Assembly: GCF_006345805.1 (NCBI RefSeq)
Contig: NW_021833971.1
Coordinates: 1 to 51,790 of the forward strand
Length of the DNA stretch: 51,790 bases
Source of the DNA: Octopus sinensis
Lineage: Eukaryota
Direction: 5' to 3'
Position numbers and translations under genes: made by a program. Shown in pieces: positions 22,976-34,628 of this stretch. Position 1 is the first letter of the stretch. Each line of letters opens with the position of its first letter. The notes under the pieces are model-generated. The model made no database searches, was not told the origin of the DNA, and saw only the letters and a program-made list of their open reading frames with translations.

Positions 22976-25867
22976 ATCAATCAACGACGGGTTTCTTTCA
23001 GTATCCGTTTACCAAATCCACTCACGATGCTTTGATCGGCCCATGGTACAGGACGTGGGGCGGTGTGGCTTTGCGGAGATGTTCCTTCACTCGAGAGGGA
23101 AGTTGTGTTCTGGTTGACCCTTGGATCAATCAACGACGGGTTTCTTTCAGTATCCGTTTACCAAATCCACTCACGATGCTTTGATCGGCCCATGGTACAG
23201 GACATGGGGCGGTGTGGCTTTGCGGAGATGTTCCTCTCTCGAGAGGGAAGTTGTGTTCTGGTTGACACTTGGATCAATCAACGACGGGTTTCTTTCAGTA
23301 TCCGTTTACCAAATCCACTCACGATGCTTTGATCGGCCCATGGTACAGGACATGGGGCGGTGTGGCTTTGCGGAGATGTTCCTTCACTCGAGAGGGAAGT
23401 TGTGTTCTGGTTGACCCTTGGATCAATCAACGACGGGTTTCTTTCAGTATCCGTTTACTAAATCCACTCACGATGCTTTGATCGGCCCATGGTACAGGAC
23501 GTGGGGCGGTATGGCTTTGCGGAGACGTTCCTTCACTCGTGAGGGAAGTTGTGTTCTGGTTGAACCTTGGATTATTCAACGACGGGTTTCTTTCAGTATC
23601 CGTTTACTAAATCCACTCACGATGCTTTGATCGGCCCATGGTACAGGACGTGGGGCGGTATGGCTTTGCGGAGACGTTCCTTCACTCGTGAGGGAAGTTG
23701 TGTTCTGGTTGAACCTTGGATTATTCAACGACGGGTTTCTTTCAGTATCCGTTTACTAAATCCACTCACGATGCTTTGATCGGCCCATGGTACAGGACGT
23801 GGGGCGGTGTGGCTTTGTGGAGACGTTCCTTCACTCGAGAGGGAAGTTGTGTTCTGATTGAACCTTGGATCAACGATGGGTTTCTTTCAGTTTCCGTTTA
23901 CCAAATCCACCCACGATGCTTTGATCGGCCCATGGTACAGGACGTGGGGCGGTGTGGCTTTGCGGAGATGTTCCTTCACTCGAGAGGGAAGTTGTGTTCT
24001 GGTTGAACCTTGGATCAATCAACGACGGGTTTCTTTCAGTATCCGTTTACTAAACCCACTCACGATGCTTTGATCGGCCCATGGTACAGGACGTGGGGCG
24101 GGGTGGCTTTGCGGAGACGTTCCTTCACTCGTGAGGGAAGTTGTGTTCTGGTTGAACCTTGAATCAATCAACGACGGGTTTCTTTCAGTTTCCGTTTACC
24201 AAATCCACTCACGATGCTTTGATCGGCCCATGGTACAGGACATGGGGCGGTGTGGCTTTGCGGAGATGTTCCTCTCTCGAGAGGGAAGTTGTGTTCTGGT
24301 TGACCCTTGGATCAATCAACGACGGGTTTCTTTCAGTATCCGTTTACTAAATCCACTCACGATGCTTTGATCGGCCCATGGTACAGGACATGGGGCGGTG
24401 TGGCTTTGCGGAGATGTTCCTTCACTCGAGAGGGAAGTTGTGTTCTGGTTGACCCTTGGATCAATCAACGACGGGTTTCTTTCAGTATCCGTTTACTAAA
24501 TCCACTCACGATGCTTTGATCGGCCCATGGTACAGGACATGGGGCGGTGTGGCTTTGCGGAGATGTTCCTTCACTCGAGAGGGAAGTTGTGTTCTGGTTG
24601 ACCCTTGGATCAATCAACGACGGGTTTCTTTCAGTATCCGTTTACTAAATCCACTCACGATGCTTTGATCGGCCCATGGTACAGGACATGGGGCGGTGTG
24701 GCTTTGCGGAGATGTTCCTTCACTCGAGAGGGAAGTTGTGTTCTGGTTGACCCTTGGATCAATCAACGACGGGTTTCTTTCAGTATCCGTTTACCAAATA
24801 CACTCACGATGCTTTGATCGGCCCATGGTACAGGACATGGGGCGGTGTGGCTTTGCGGAGATGTTCCTTCACTCGAGAGGGAAGTTGTGTTCTGGTTGAC
24901 CCTTGGATCAATCAACGACGGGTTTCTTTCAGTATCCGTTTACCAAATACACTCACGATGCTTTGATCGGCCCATGGTACAGGACATGGGGCGGTGTGGC
25001 TTTGCGGAGATGTTCCTTCACTCGAGAGGGAAGTTGTGTTCTGGTTGACCCTTGGATCAATCAACGACGGGTTTCTTTCAGTATCCGTTTACTAAATCCA
25101 CTCACGATGCTTTGATCGGCCCATGGTACAGGACGTGGGGCGGTATGGCTTTGCGGAGACGTTCCTTCACTCGTGAGGGAAGTTGTGTTCTGGTTGAACC
25201 TTGGATTATTCAACGACGGGTTTCTTTCAGTATCCGTTTACTAAATCCACTCACGATGCTTTGATCGGCCCATGGTACAGGACATGGGGCGGTGTGGCTT
25301 TGCGGAGATGTTCCTTCACTCGAGAGGGAAGTTGTGTTCTGGTTGACCCTTGGATCAATCAACGACGGGTTTCTTTCAGTATCCGTTTACTAAATCCACT
25401 CACGATGCTTTGATCGGCCCATGGTACAGGACATGGGGCGGTGTGGCTTTGCGGAGACGTTCCTTCACTCGTGAGGGAAGTTGTGTTCTGGTTGAACCTT
25501 GGATCAATCAACGACGGGTTTCTTTCAGTTTCCGTTTACCAAATCCACTCACGATGCTTTGATCGGCCCATGGTACAGGACGTGGGGCGGTGTGGCTTTG
25601 CGAAGACGTTCCTTCACTCGTGAGGGAAGTTGTGTTCTGGTTAAACCTTGGATCAATCAACGACGGGTTTCTTTCAGTTTCCGTTTACCAAATCCACTCA
25701 CGATGCTTTGATCGGCCCATGGTACAGGACGTGGGGCGGTGTGGCTTTGCGGAGATGTTCCTTCACTCGAGAGGAAAGTTGTGTTCTGGTTGAACCTTGG
25801 ATCAATCAACGACGGGTTTCTTTCAGTTTCCGTTTACCAAATCCACTCACGATGCTTTGATCGGCCC
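22903..25867. repeat. Tandem array of ~20 x 149-bp chimeric units (PLE fragment + SINE C fragment)
   Basis: The repeated MDQSTTG ORF starts at 22972, 23121, 23269 ... 25797. Most periods are 149 bp, with a few of 145-148. Confidence 0.97.
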
Positions 25868-25980
25868 TGAGGCAACACCACAGAAGACACTTGGCCCACG
25901 GTACCACGCGGTGGGACTGTATCCAGAACCATGTGATCGGGAAGCAAGCTTCTTGCTACACAGCCACGCCCGTACCTAGA
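25800..25980 (-). mobile_element. Diverged SINE family C 5' portion abutting the 149-bp array
   Basis: The minus strand ggcgtggctgtgtagcaagaagcttgcttcccgatcacatggttctggatacagtcccaccgcgtgg continues directly into the first array unit. Confidence 0.85.
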
Positions 25981-26321
25981 AACAATCTTTGCACACGCTT
26001 TGTTCTATATTTTTCTTGCACTCTAGTCTTAACCAAATGGAGAACTCTTGACAAAGGATAAGAATACAATAACATGTGTGTCCTAAATACTGGCTGATTG
26101 TCAGGCGATTGAAAGATTTAAATTACTCTGGACGAGTATCTATTTTTATACATAGGCGAAAACTGATCTACATGAAGCAAGGAGTGTAAAAAGATATATT
26201 TAAACGGCAATTGTTGGCCTCTCAGGAGGTGCGGTGACATTTCTGTATTTTACTTCCTAGATGTGTTTTATTAACGAGATTCTATACACCAGTATACCGT
26301 AGATATGTATACGTAGGGATA

Positions 26322-26352
26322 TACAAAGGATTGCCGAAAAGTTCCTGGCTTT
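26322..26352 (+). mobile_element. Possible solitary mariner-type TIR
   Basis: tacaaaggattgccgaaaagttcctggcttt resembles TA-CGAGGG..GAAAAGTTC mariner ends. No partner TIR is seen. Confidence 0.3.
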
Positions 26353-26357
26353 AAGGG

Positions 26358-27510
26358 TGTCCTTTAGACTGGTGGCTGTTTATGCCCTAATAAGGGCTGG
26401 AAGGTCAAATTTCTTCCGTTGTCTTGAAACTTTCCTGGGAAGTCTCACCTGCTACAAATGGAACACTGGAATAGTATTTTGAACGCACGGGCGGATTGTG
26501 TGAGACTAGGACATTGAAGAGGGGTGTGCAAAACCTCGAAAACCTGCTCAAAAACTTCTAATTGTCTGACAGTTATCGACTGGGTTTCTCTGATCTACTA
26601 GTGTGGACATGAAACAACCACAATGGACCATCCAGATCGTATCTGGATAAAGTATTTGTAAGGTTAGCGTACAGGGATAACTTAGGTAGTCCACAATTTA
26701 AATTGGTCGGCTACACAGATCTGGATGGTCCATTGTGGTTGCTTCATGTCCACACTAGTAGATCAGAGAAACCCAGTCGATAACTGTCAGACAATTAGAA
26801 GTTTTTGAGCAGGTTTTCGAGGCTTTGCACACCCCTCTTCAATGTCCTAGTCTCACACAATCCGTCCGTGCGTTCAAAATACTATTCCAGTGTTCCAGGA
26901 AAGTCTCAAGACAACAGAAGAAATTTGACCTTCCAGCCCTTATTAGGGCATAAACAGCCACTAGTCTAAAGTTTGTGATTTGCACAGTCGAGTTAAATAG
27001 GACTCGAAAACAAGGACCCGGTTACTGGAAGTTGAACCCGTCCTTTCCGGCACGCAAAGATTACAGGGACAGAATTAGTGATCCAGTTAAACGGCAGTTG
27101 ACAGGGGCAATCGTCAACAACCGGTGGTGGATCGCCCTGAAGAGGGCGATTAGCGTAGAATCGATAGTGATTAGCAAAGAGTTAGCAAAAGAAAGGAATA
27201 GATTAGAGGGTTGAACTAATTAGTAAATTAGAAGAGGTCATTAGTAAGGACATCGCGACCGATGTTGCTGGCGGCAAGAATGGCCTTTGATAATTTCTTA
27301 GAAGCAAAACACAAAGGTTGTGTTATCAGAGCTAAAGCCTCTGCCCTCAAACACGAAGGAACTAAAGGTCTTTGATGGATCGGGACGGGCGCGTGCTGCT
27401 CGAGTCTCAGCAGACGTGTGCGGCTTTCCAGCAACACTTCACGCGGCTATTTAGTGAGGACAACGGGTGGACAGCATTAGTGGACTTTAGTCCGTACCTA
27501 GACGACCTGG
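26358..27510 (+). mobile_element. Tx1/L1-like LINE ORF2 fragment (APE endonuclease + linker) with an inverted insertion at 26721-26971
   Basis: FRLVAVYA, LSDSYRLG..WT*NN..SRSYLDKV, GYTD|KFVICTV, GPGYWKLN, GCVIRAK and FQQHFTRLFS. Confidence 0.85.
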
Positions 27511-27879
27511 AACTGAAAAATGTAGGCGAGGGATTGACCGAAAAAGAAAAAGGTCTCTTTCTTTAATCCTTTCTGCCTCGTTCGCTGTTGATGATAATCA
27601 TAATACGTGGTCAAGGCATCATAAGACCTGATTTCTTCATGTGTTCAAAACACTGTCATAGAGTGCTCGATATGAGTCTAAATTAATTTATTGAGCGACT
27701 GAGGGGTTCTCAACCGGAATCCACTTGACCTTTCGAGTTCATAGAAGATGTTGCTGTTAAAAATTATCTGCAATAAAATTGGTTTCACTTCTAAATTACA
27801 CAAAAATATTTTGACAAATTTTCCTAATGCAATTTCTAATAATCCTTTCTCCTGGAAGCACAAGGCCTAAAATTTTGGG

Positions 27880-28067
27880 TGGAGGGATTATGTCGTTTAC
27901 ATCGACCCCAGTGCGTAACTGGTACTTATTTAATCGACCCCGAGAGGATGTTAAGGCAAAGTCGACCTCGGCGGAATTTGAACTCAGAACGTAGCGGCAG
28001 ACGAAATACCTATTTCTTTACTACCCACAAGGGGTTAAACACAGAGAGGACAAACAAAGACATACAA

Positions 28068-28068
<1 letters not shown>
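27880..28068 (-). mobile_element. SINE family B, circularly permuted remnant spanning a body-body junction
   Basis: Contains the ...gacgaaatacctatttctttactacccac... junction seen in the multimers. It is followed by (AAT)n. Confidence 0.85.
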
Positions 28069-28132
<64 letters not shown>

Positions 28133-28264
28133 GGGCAAAAGAAAAAATTCTAATGCCAAATATGCCGAAAAGGCAAAATTGTCAATAACCATTATAATTT
28201 ATGCGTATCGGAACAAACCGATAGAAATGTCTAAGTATGTATATATGTATGTGTGTGTGTGCAT

Positions 28265-28630
28265 ATAATCATGGTGGTTGCTGCATCTTCCCTGTTGACT
28301 GCCGTCTCTCTGAGCTTCCCTGTCAACGGCATTTCTGACATTCTCTCCATGACCTCTCAGATCTGCATGGTTCGAAGCATAAGTGGGAGAGTCGTGATTT
28401 GCACTGGATCGATCGGATCCCTCTGTGAGGTATAATCCTCGTGGACTTCCACATCTTTCTTCAGATCCGAAATCAACTTGCAAGCCCTTTCGTACACTGC
28501 GCATGTCGAGTCACCCGGTCTAGAAATAAGGACGCTGCATGCAGTTGGTCTTTCACGGGACTTCGAAGGATTGACATTCCTAGGTTGTGAATGGAATACA
28601 CGGCCACACGTTTCACACCTCCAGTACCTT
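28265..28630 (-). mobile_element. Decayed RTE-like 3' fragment
   Basis: Shares ggcatttctgac / cagatctg.atggtt / cataagtg.gag with 31820-31930, which translates as an RTE-type zinc finger. Confidence 0.4.
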
Positions 28631-28987
28631 CTTTCTTTGATTTACCTATATATATATATATATATATATATATGTTTGTAGAGTGTGTGTCTGTGTATGT
28701 ATTAATCAAAGTGTACAGTATTACATATTCATTAAAGACTATGTTGCCTATTAGTTACCGGGTTGTTATCTAACATCCTGTTGAACTCCCAGGGCGAAAT
28801 CGATTGATAAGATCGCCTGTAATGGATATATAATACTGCACACTTCAATTTATACACCCACTCTATATTGGCAAATATACAAGGTAATAGTTTTTCGGTT
28901 TAAATTTCCAGTAAGGTTGTGACCGGCAGCGGCTCGGGTTTCAGGATTTTCCGGTCTTCTGGTTGCAACCCGAATATGTACCTCAAA

Positions 28988-29385
28988 TCTTTATATATAA
29001 AAGTGAAGTTGTGTGTCTGTCTCCTGCGATTTAGATTCCTAACTACTCCCACATTTTGCGGTGCAGTTTAACCAAAACCGGGTATCTTATAGTCGTGATT
29101 CATATCGAGCCCTTCTGGGTATTAGCGCGCGTCTAAGATGAGTCAACGATTTAAAAAAAAATTTACCATCATTTTTTTCCATTTCAATGCATTTTTTCGC
29201 TATTATATAAGGGAAGTAACTCTCTAAAAATGTCTACGATGGGTCAACGATTTGAAAAAAAATGTACCATAATTTTTTTTCCATTTTTAATGCATTTTTT
29301 TGCTATTTTTTGGCTATAACTCTCTAAAAATGCTTATATAGTTATTTCCCTTACAAACCCGAGCAACGCCGGGCGATACTGCTAG
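28988..29385 (+). mobile_element. Non-autonomous Helitron, subtype 2 variant
   Basis: A|TCTTTATATATAAAA...CTAG|T with the same 3' hairpin as the other three copies. Confidence 0.88.
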
Positions 29386-29487
29386 TTTAAAATAAAGTAT
29401 GAAAAGTAAAGAACTAAATTGTATTTAAGAGATTCAAATAAATAGACTCTTAAAGCAGGGTCTGTTTGATACTTATTAATCCACTGA

Positions 29488-29640
29488 CCGTATTTTAACG
29501 TGTATAAGAACCCTTTTTTGTCAAAATTTAAGTTAGAAAATTATGGGAGTTTCTTATACATGGATAGTATTATAATCTCTTACAAAACCTTTTTTTTTTT
29601 CAAATTTTAGGGGACTCCTTTTATTCGTTAAAATACAATA
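29488..29640. mobile_element. Small MITE-like element (pogo/Tigger-like ends)
   Basis: Imperfect TIR ccgtattttaacg...cgttaaaatacaa, with an internal hairpin gtataagaaccc...gggagtttcttatac. Confidence 0.4.
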
Positions 29641-29850
29641 ATATTTATTAATCCATGATGTTTTCATCACGGTTCTGATGACATCTCCTTTGAAGCCAAC
29701 GCTTTAGATGTTCGTGCTCAAGGCAACCCTCTTCGAAAGTTTTACAACCTTCCCTTATACGCTTCCTCCGCTCAGCTCTTTCCAAAGCTAGTTCTTCCCA
29801 GGTCTTCCAATTGGTTTGCAATTCCTTCAAGATGCCTTTGATATCGTCTT

Positions 29851-30150
29851 TGTACAGTTGATCGTGTTTTGTGCTGAGGACACTTTCCAATGTACAGCTC
29901 ACCACAGACCGGTACAGTTGATCGTGGTTTGTGCTGAGGACACTTTCCAATGTACAGCTCACCATAAACCGGTACAGTTGATCGTGGTTTGTGCTGAGGA
30001 CACTTTCCAATGTACAGCTCACCATAGACCGGTACAGTTGATCGTGGTTTGTGCTGAGGACACTTTCCAATGTACAGCTCACCATAGACCGGTACAGTTG
30101 ATCGTGGTTTGTGCTGAGGACACTTTCCAATTTCCATCTCACCATAGACC
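29851..30150. repeat. 5 x 60-bp tandem repeat within the RTE
   Basis: Unit ggtacagttgatcgtggtttgtgctgaggacactttccaatgtacagctcaccatagacc. Confidence 0.97.
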
Positions 30151-30660
30151 GGCTGCATTGCAATCCTCTTATCTTCCCTACACACAACAAAGCCGCCTGC
30201 TTAACGCATCTGAATGCACAAGACGAGTGACTCGATGCTTCTGCATCCTGTCTTTGCAAGGTCTTCTGTGTCAGGTGTTCGATTTGGCCACTTGATGTTG
30301 AGTATGAGTCTCAAAGATTTTCCATCTAAAGCGTTGGCTTCAAAGGAGATGTCATCAGAACCGTGATGAAAACATCATCGTAGATGAATAAATATTATCG
30401 TATTTTAACGTATAAAAGGAGCCCCCTAAAATTTGAAAAAAAAAAAGGTTTTGTAAGAGATTATAATCCTGTGAAAGCGATGGAGAAGCTTGAGATGCCG
30501 GCGGTGTACTGTCCGTGCCTCAGAAAAGTATAATGGAGCCGTTATTATGCAAACCTTGTAAGCGCTCAGCTTCGTCTTGTTGTTAATGTTGCGATTTGCC
30601 CAGATTCTCTTTTCAAGCTTCCTAAATGCTGCAGCTGCTCTCTGAATGTATTTCTATACC

Positions 30661-30892
30661 TATTTCTTTATTGCCCACAAGGGGCTAAACACAGAGGGGA
30701 CAAACAAGGACAGACATAGGTATTAAGTCGATTACATCGATCCCAGTGCGTAACTGGTACTTAATTTATCGACCCCGAAAGGATGAAAGGCAAAGTCGAC
30801 CTCGGCGGAATTTGAACTCAGAACGTAGCGGCAGACGAAATACCGCTCAACATTTCGTCCGGCGCGCTAACGTTTCTGCCAGCTCGCCGCCT
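30661..30892 (-). mobile_element. SINE family B monomer
   Basis: TSD tgtatttctatacc lies at 30647-30660 and 30893-30906. Confidence 0.93.
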
Positions 30893-31026
30893 TGTATTTC
30901 TATACCCAAGAAGCCATCTCTCGGCAACATGTTGCCCACATAAACAAAAATCCCCACTACACCCAATCTCGTGCTGTTTCTCGTTCGACATGCTGTTCAC
31001 TTGGTGTAGGTGAAAATATTACCTTA

Positions 31027-31342
31027 TTTATTTTTGCACCCTTTTTCAAGCCTAGCCAGGCTCATGGGCCCGGTTTCCCGGTTTCTGTGGTGTATGTGTT
31101 CCCCTCCAGCTGGACGGGACGCCAGTCCATCGCAGCGTTACTCAAGAAACAGGAAGAAAGAGTGAGAGAAAGTCTGGGTGAAAGAGTACAACAGGGGTCG
31201 CTACCACCCCCTGCCGAAGCCTCGTGGAGCTTTTAGGTGTTTTCGTTCAATAAACACAAACAACACCGGTTCTGGGAATCGAAACCGCGATCCTCCAACC
31301 GCGAGTCCGCTGCCCTAACCACTAGGCCATTGCGCCTCCACT
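31027..31342 (-). mobile_element. SINE family A variant with an alternative 3' tail
   Basis: TSD aatattacctta lies at 31015-31026 and 31343-31354. It diverges from the other A copies after cttcctgtttct. Confidence 0.88.
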
Positions 31343-31789
31343 AATATTACCTTAGTTCTTTTACCTTTTTTCAGACTTATTTTAAGACCAAAGACCGCAC
31401 AAGAACCAGCAAATGATACATAATGTGTTGTATGTCACCAGCAATGTGATCCTGGAAGTAAACATCAACGGCATAAAGGAGTTCCTAGGTCAAAATTTCA
31501 AATGTTTCCAACTTGAAGTTGAATTTTCTTAAATTGAAGACGCTTCCAGTAGTTCCGAACAGCAAGAGGACACTCTTATCACAGTCATGGAATGCATACG
31601 TAAGCAGAACAGCAAAGACTACAGGGAAAAGTGTGGGAAGAGTATTGTCTTGCTTCGTACCATCGTTTATCGGAACTTTGTTGGTTTTAAATTAAAACCG
31701 ATCAGAGCCTTCATGTCTTGGTACAATCGCTTAAACATACTAAAAAACAGCGGCGGGAACATGACCTTTCTAAAGAGTGTCCACAGTGC

Positions 31790-32015
31790 ATCTCTCTTAA
31801 CTATATTAAAACCTTACCGTCTCGGAGCTTTCTCGTTATCGATGGCATTTCTGACCTTCCATCTGTGACATCTTATATGACTTATCAGTTCCGCTACAGA
31901 TCTGTATGGTTTCAGACATAAGTGAGAGGCGATTGATCGGGTCACTTTACGATCGCTGTGGACTGCCATACGTTCCTTCAGACACAAAATCGACTCACAA
32001 GTCCTTTCACACACA
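31790..32015 (-). mobile_element. Decayed RTE-like C-terminal zinc-finger fragment
   Basis: SHLCLKPYRSVAELISHIRCHR resembles the RTE C..C...RS..GL.SH.R.H motif. Confidence 0.5.
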
Positions 32016-32538
32016 ACGCAAAGACCAGATTTGATATAAAGGCATCTACCCTTCAGTGAACTGCTCTTGTAGCTGTCTAGTTAGTTAGTTAGTTAATTTT
32101 TGGGCTCAAAAAGCAAAAAGCAAGGCCCAGAGAATAAGACGGCAACTATTCCTCTACCTGATCTAAAGCCACTTTAAGATTCAGGGATGACTGTAGGACA
32201 GATATTTCACATCAGTGCGTTCAATAAAAATCTAGCAAGTCTTTCATGAGGACGATATGCAACAATCTTGTCAGTTTACATCTCTACTCTCAAAGCCATT
32301 GAAGAGACATGTAACCCAGTACAACCTGTTGAATGGTCAGGCCCTCGGCGACTAAACCGGCTACAACATTAAGTTTTCTAAGTGAGTTGGATAGTTTTTT
32401 TATATGGAAAAATGTATGGAACAGCAAGATCTGTCAAAGGGCAGATGAACTCAGGTGGCGTCATTTGAATGCTAAAACAATGCGAAGCGCATTGTGACCA
32501 GCGATGTGTAACAACATCTGATAGCCTGGTCGGTCACG

Positions 32539-32598
<60 letters not shown>

Positions 32599-32636
32599 AT
32601 ATATGTATATGCATGTGTGTGTGTATGTTTATATAC

Positions 32637-32813
32637 GCTTGACAACCGACGCTGTTATGTTTATATTCCCGTTACTTAGCAGTTCGGCTAAAGAGACCGA
32701 TAGAATAAGTACTAGACTTACAAAGAATAAGTCCTGGGGTCGATTTGTTCGACTAAAGGTGGTACTCCAGCATGACCGCAGTCAAATGACTGAAACAAAT
32801 AAAAGAATAAAAG
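32637..32813 (+). mobile_element. SINE family C 3' half
   Basis: gcttgacaaccgacgc...cagtcaaatgactgaaacaaataaaagaataaaaga. Confidence 0.85.
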
Positions 32814-32814
32814 A

Positions 32815-32850
<36 letters not shown>

Positions 32851-33470
32851 GACATATATATATATGTGTGTGTGTGTGTGTATGTATGTATATATACATG
32901 TATATTATATATATGTGTATGTGTATTTGTGTGTGTGAGTCTGTAGTTATGCGGGTGTCTTTGTATCAGCTTGGCAATCGGTGTTGGTGCGTTTACATCC
33001 GTGTAACCAAGCGGTTTGGCAAAATAATCCGATAGATTAATTACCAGGTTAAAAGAAATAAAAAAAAAGGACTTGTGTCGATTTGTTTGAGACCCAGCCC
33101 CAGATATAAACATTTGTAACAAAGAGAAACCGTGGACATTTCATTGATTTTGAATAGCATTAACGATTTCTAGATGTCTGTATGTACATATGCATGAATA
33201 CGTAGGTATTTCGAGTTAAATCTTTGTGTTTATTCGTTGAATATAACGTAAAAAATTTCTCACACTTGCTGAGGTAGCGGTCAAAACAATCGAAGCCACG
33301 TCACTTCCGTTTAAATGACACCGGAAACACAGCATCACAAAGACGTGACTATTAAGTTGACATTTGGAAAACGCTTCGAATGACATTAAATAATAAGGCC
33401 TTGGTAAGCTTATAATACTGGCATACTTGTGTGTATGTGTAAACGTGCGTATATAATATCTATCTATCTT

Positions 33471-33549
<79 letters not shown>

Positions 33550-33712
33550 GTCTATCTATCTATCAATCAATCTATCTATCTATCTATCAATCTACCTACT
33601 TACCTACCTACCTACCTACCTACCTACCTACCTACCTATCTATCTATCTATCTATCTATCTGTCTATCTATCAGTCTATCTATCAGTCTATCTATCTACA
33701 TCTGTCTGTCAG

Positions 33713-33796
<84 letters not shown>

Positions 33797-33797
<1 letters not shown>

Positions 33798-34515
33798 GCC
33801 CGAGATGCGGTCAGAGCGACGAAACCGTTCTGCACGCACTCGTGCAATGTCCAACCATTTCCGACCTGTGGGCTTATGCCGAACGGCTGCTGTCACGTGT
33901 GGGACGAATCCGCCTATCGGCCGAGTCTATCGTGAGAATTGCTCCGCCCCCTTCCCTCAACCGGGAAGGCAAGGCAGTTTTCATCGTACTGGTGGCCATG
34001 GTGAAAGAATGTGTGTGGTGGACTCGAGCGAAAGGATTAGAGACAACACTTACCTCTCTGGCCAATCGCTCATCACTTTTTCAAGTACCACTTGAAAAGG
34101 AAGGTGAGAATGGAGAGGGAAGTTTTGTCTCGCGAAAGATTCAAAAAAAGATGGGTGAATGTTGCAAAGATGGTGCGTGCTAGTAACGAAACCATTTTGA
34201 GCATGATCCTGTAGATCGTAAAAAAGAAAGAAAGAGAGCATTTTTGACCTCATGTGTTTATTTCCTCCCTGACTGGGGTTCCCGTGGTCTTTTCTGTAGG
34301 CTTTTCTTCCCACGGATGAACCCAATCTTGTTATATCAATGTCTACACCATTATTTCTGTGATACACGATTTTCTTTTTTTCCTTTTTTTTCCTCCCCTC
34401 GATCCCTTTTGATCGCAATCTTACATTTTTTATTTTTTTCCACCCTCGAAAAGAAAAGCTCTGCATTTGTATTTGTCCCCTCTGTATTCAGCCCTGTGTG
34501 GCTAATAAAAGAAAG

Positions 34516-34516
<1 letters not shown>
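33797..34516 (+). mobile_element. Tx1/L1-like LINE 3' end (CCHC zinc knuckle, C-terminus, 3' UTR) inside (TATC)n
   Basis: [25 protein letters not shown]...KECVWWTR...KRWVNVA. The 3' UTR ends aataaaagaaagt. (TATC)n lies at 33458-33796 and 34517-34707. Confidence 0.85.
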
Positions 34517-34577
<61 letters not shown>

Positions 34578-34628
34578 GTCTATCTATCAGTCTATCTATC
34601 TACATCTGTCTGTCAGTCTATCTATCTC

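Larger units (their letters stand above)
29650..30965 (-). mobile_element. RTE-clade LINE 3' fragment with nested SINE B, an inverted insertion and an internal 60-bp expansion
   Basis: AAAAFRKLEKRIWANRNINNKTKL, LYFSEARTVHRRHLKLLHRFHR|KSLRLILNIKW, VYGEMEIGKCPQHKPR and YKDDIKGILK..WEELALER. Confidence 0.88.

Noticed and set aside
23130-23150. Hammerhead in the 149-bp unit (minus strand cugaaagaaac)
   Set aside because: It does not fit CUGANGA and has no stem II or III. It is simply SINE C sequence.
22903-25867. CRISPR-like array or repeated 70-aa protein
   Set aside because: Units are wholly repeated with no unique spacers, no cas genes are present, and the context is eukaryotic. The ORFs are antisense to TE fragments.
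29670-29700. cugauga in the inverted-repeat arm
   Set aside because: It is antisense RTE coding sequence with no downstream GAAA and stem.
32450-32545. Possible 3' end of a further SINE family before (TA)n
   Set aside because: There is a single short copy in the window with no head or TSD, so it cannot be supported from this sequence alone.
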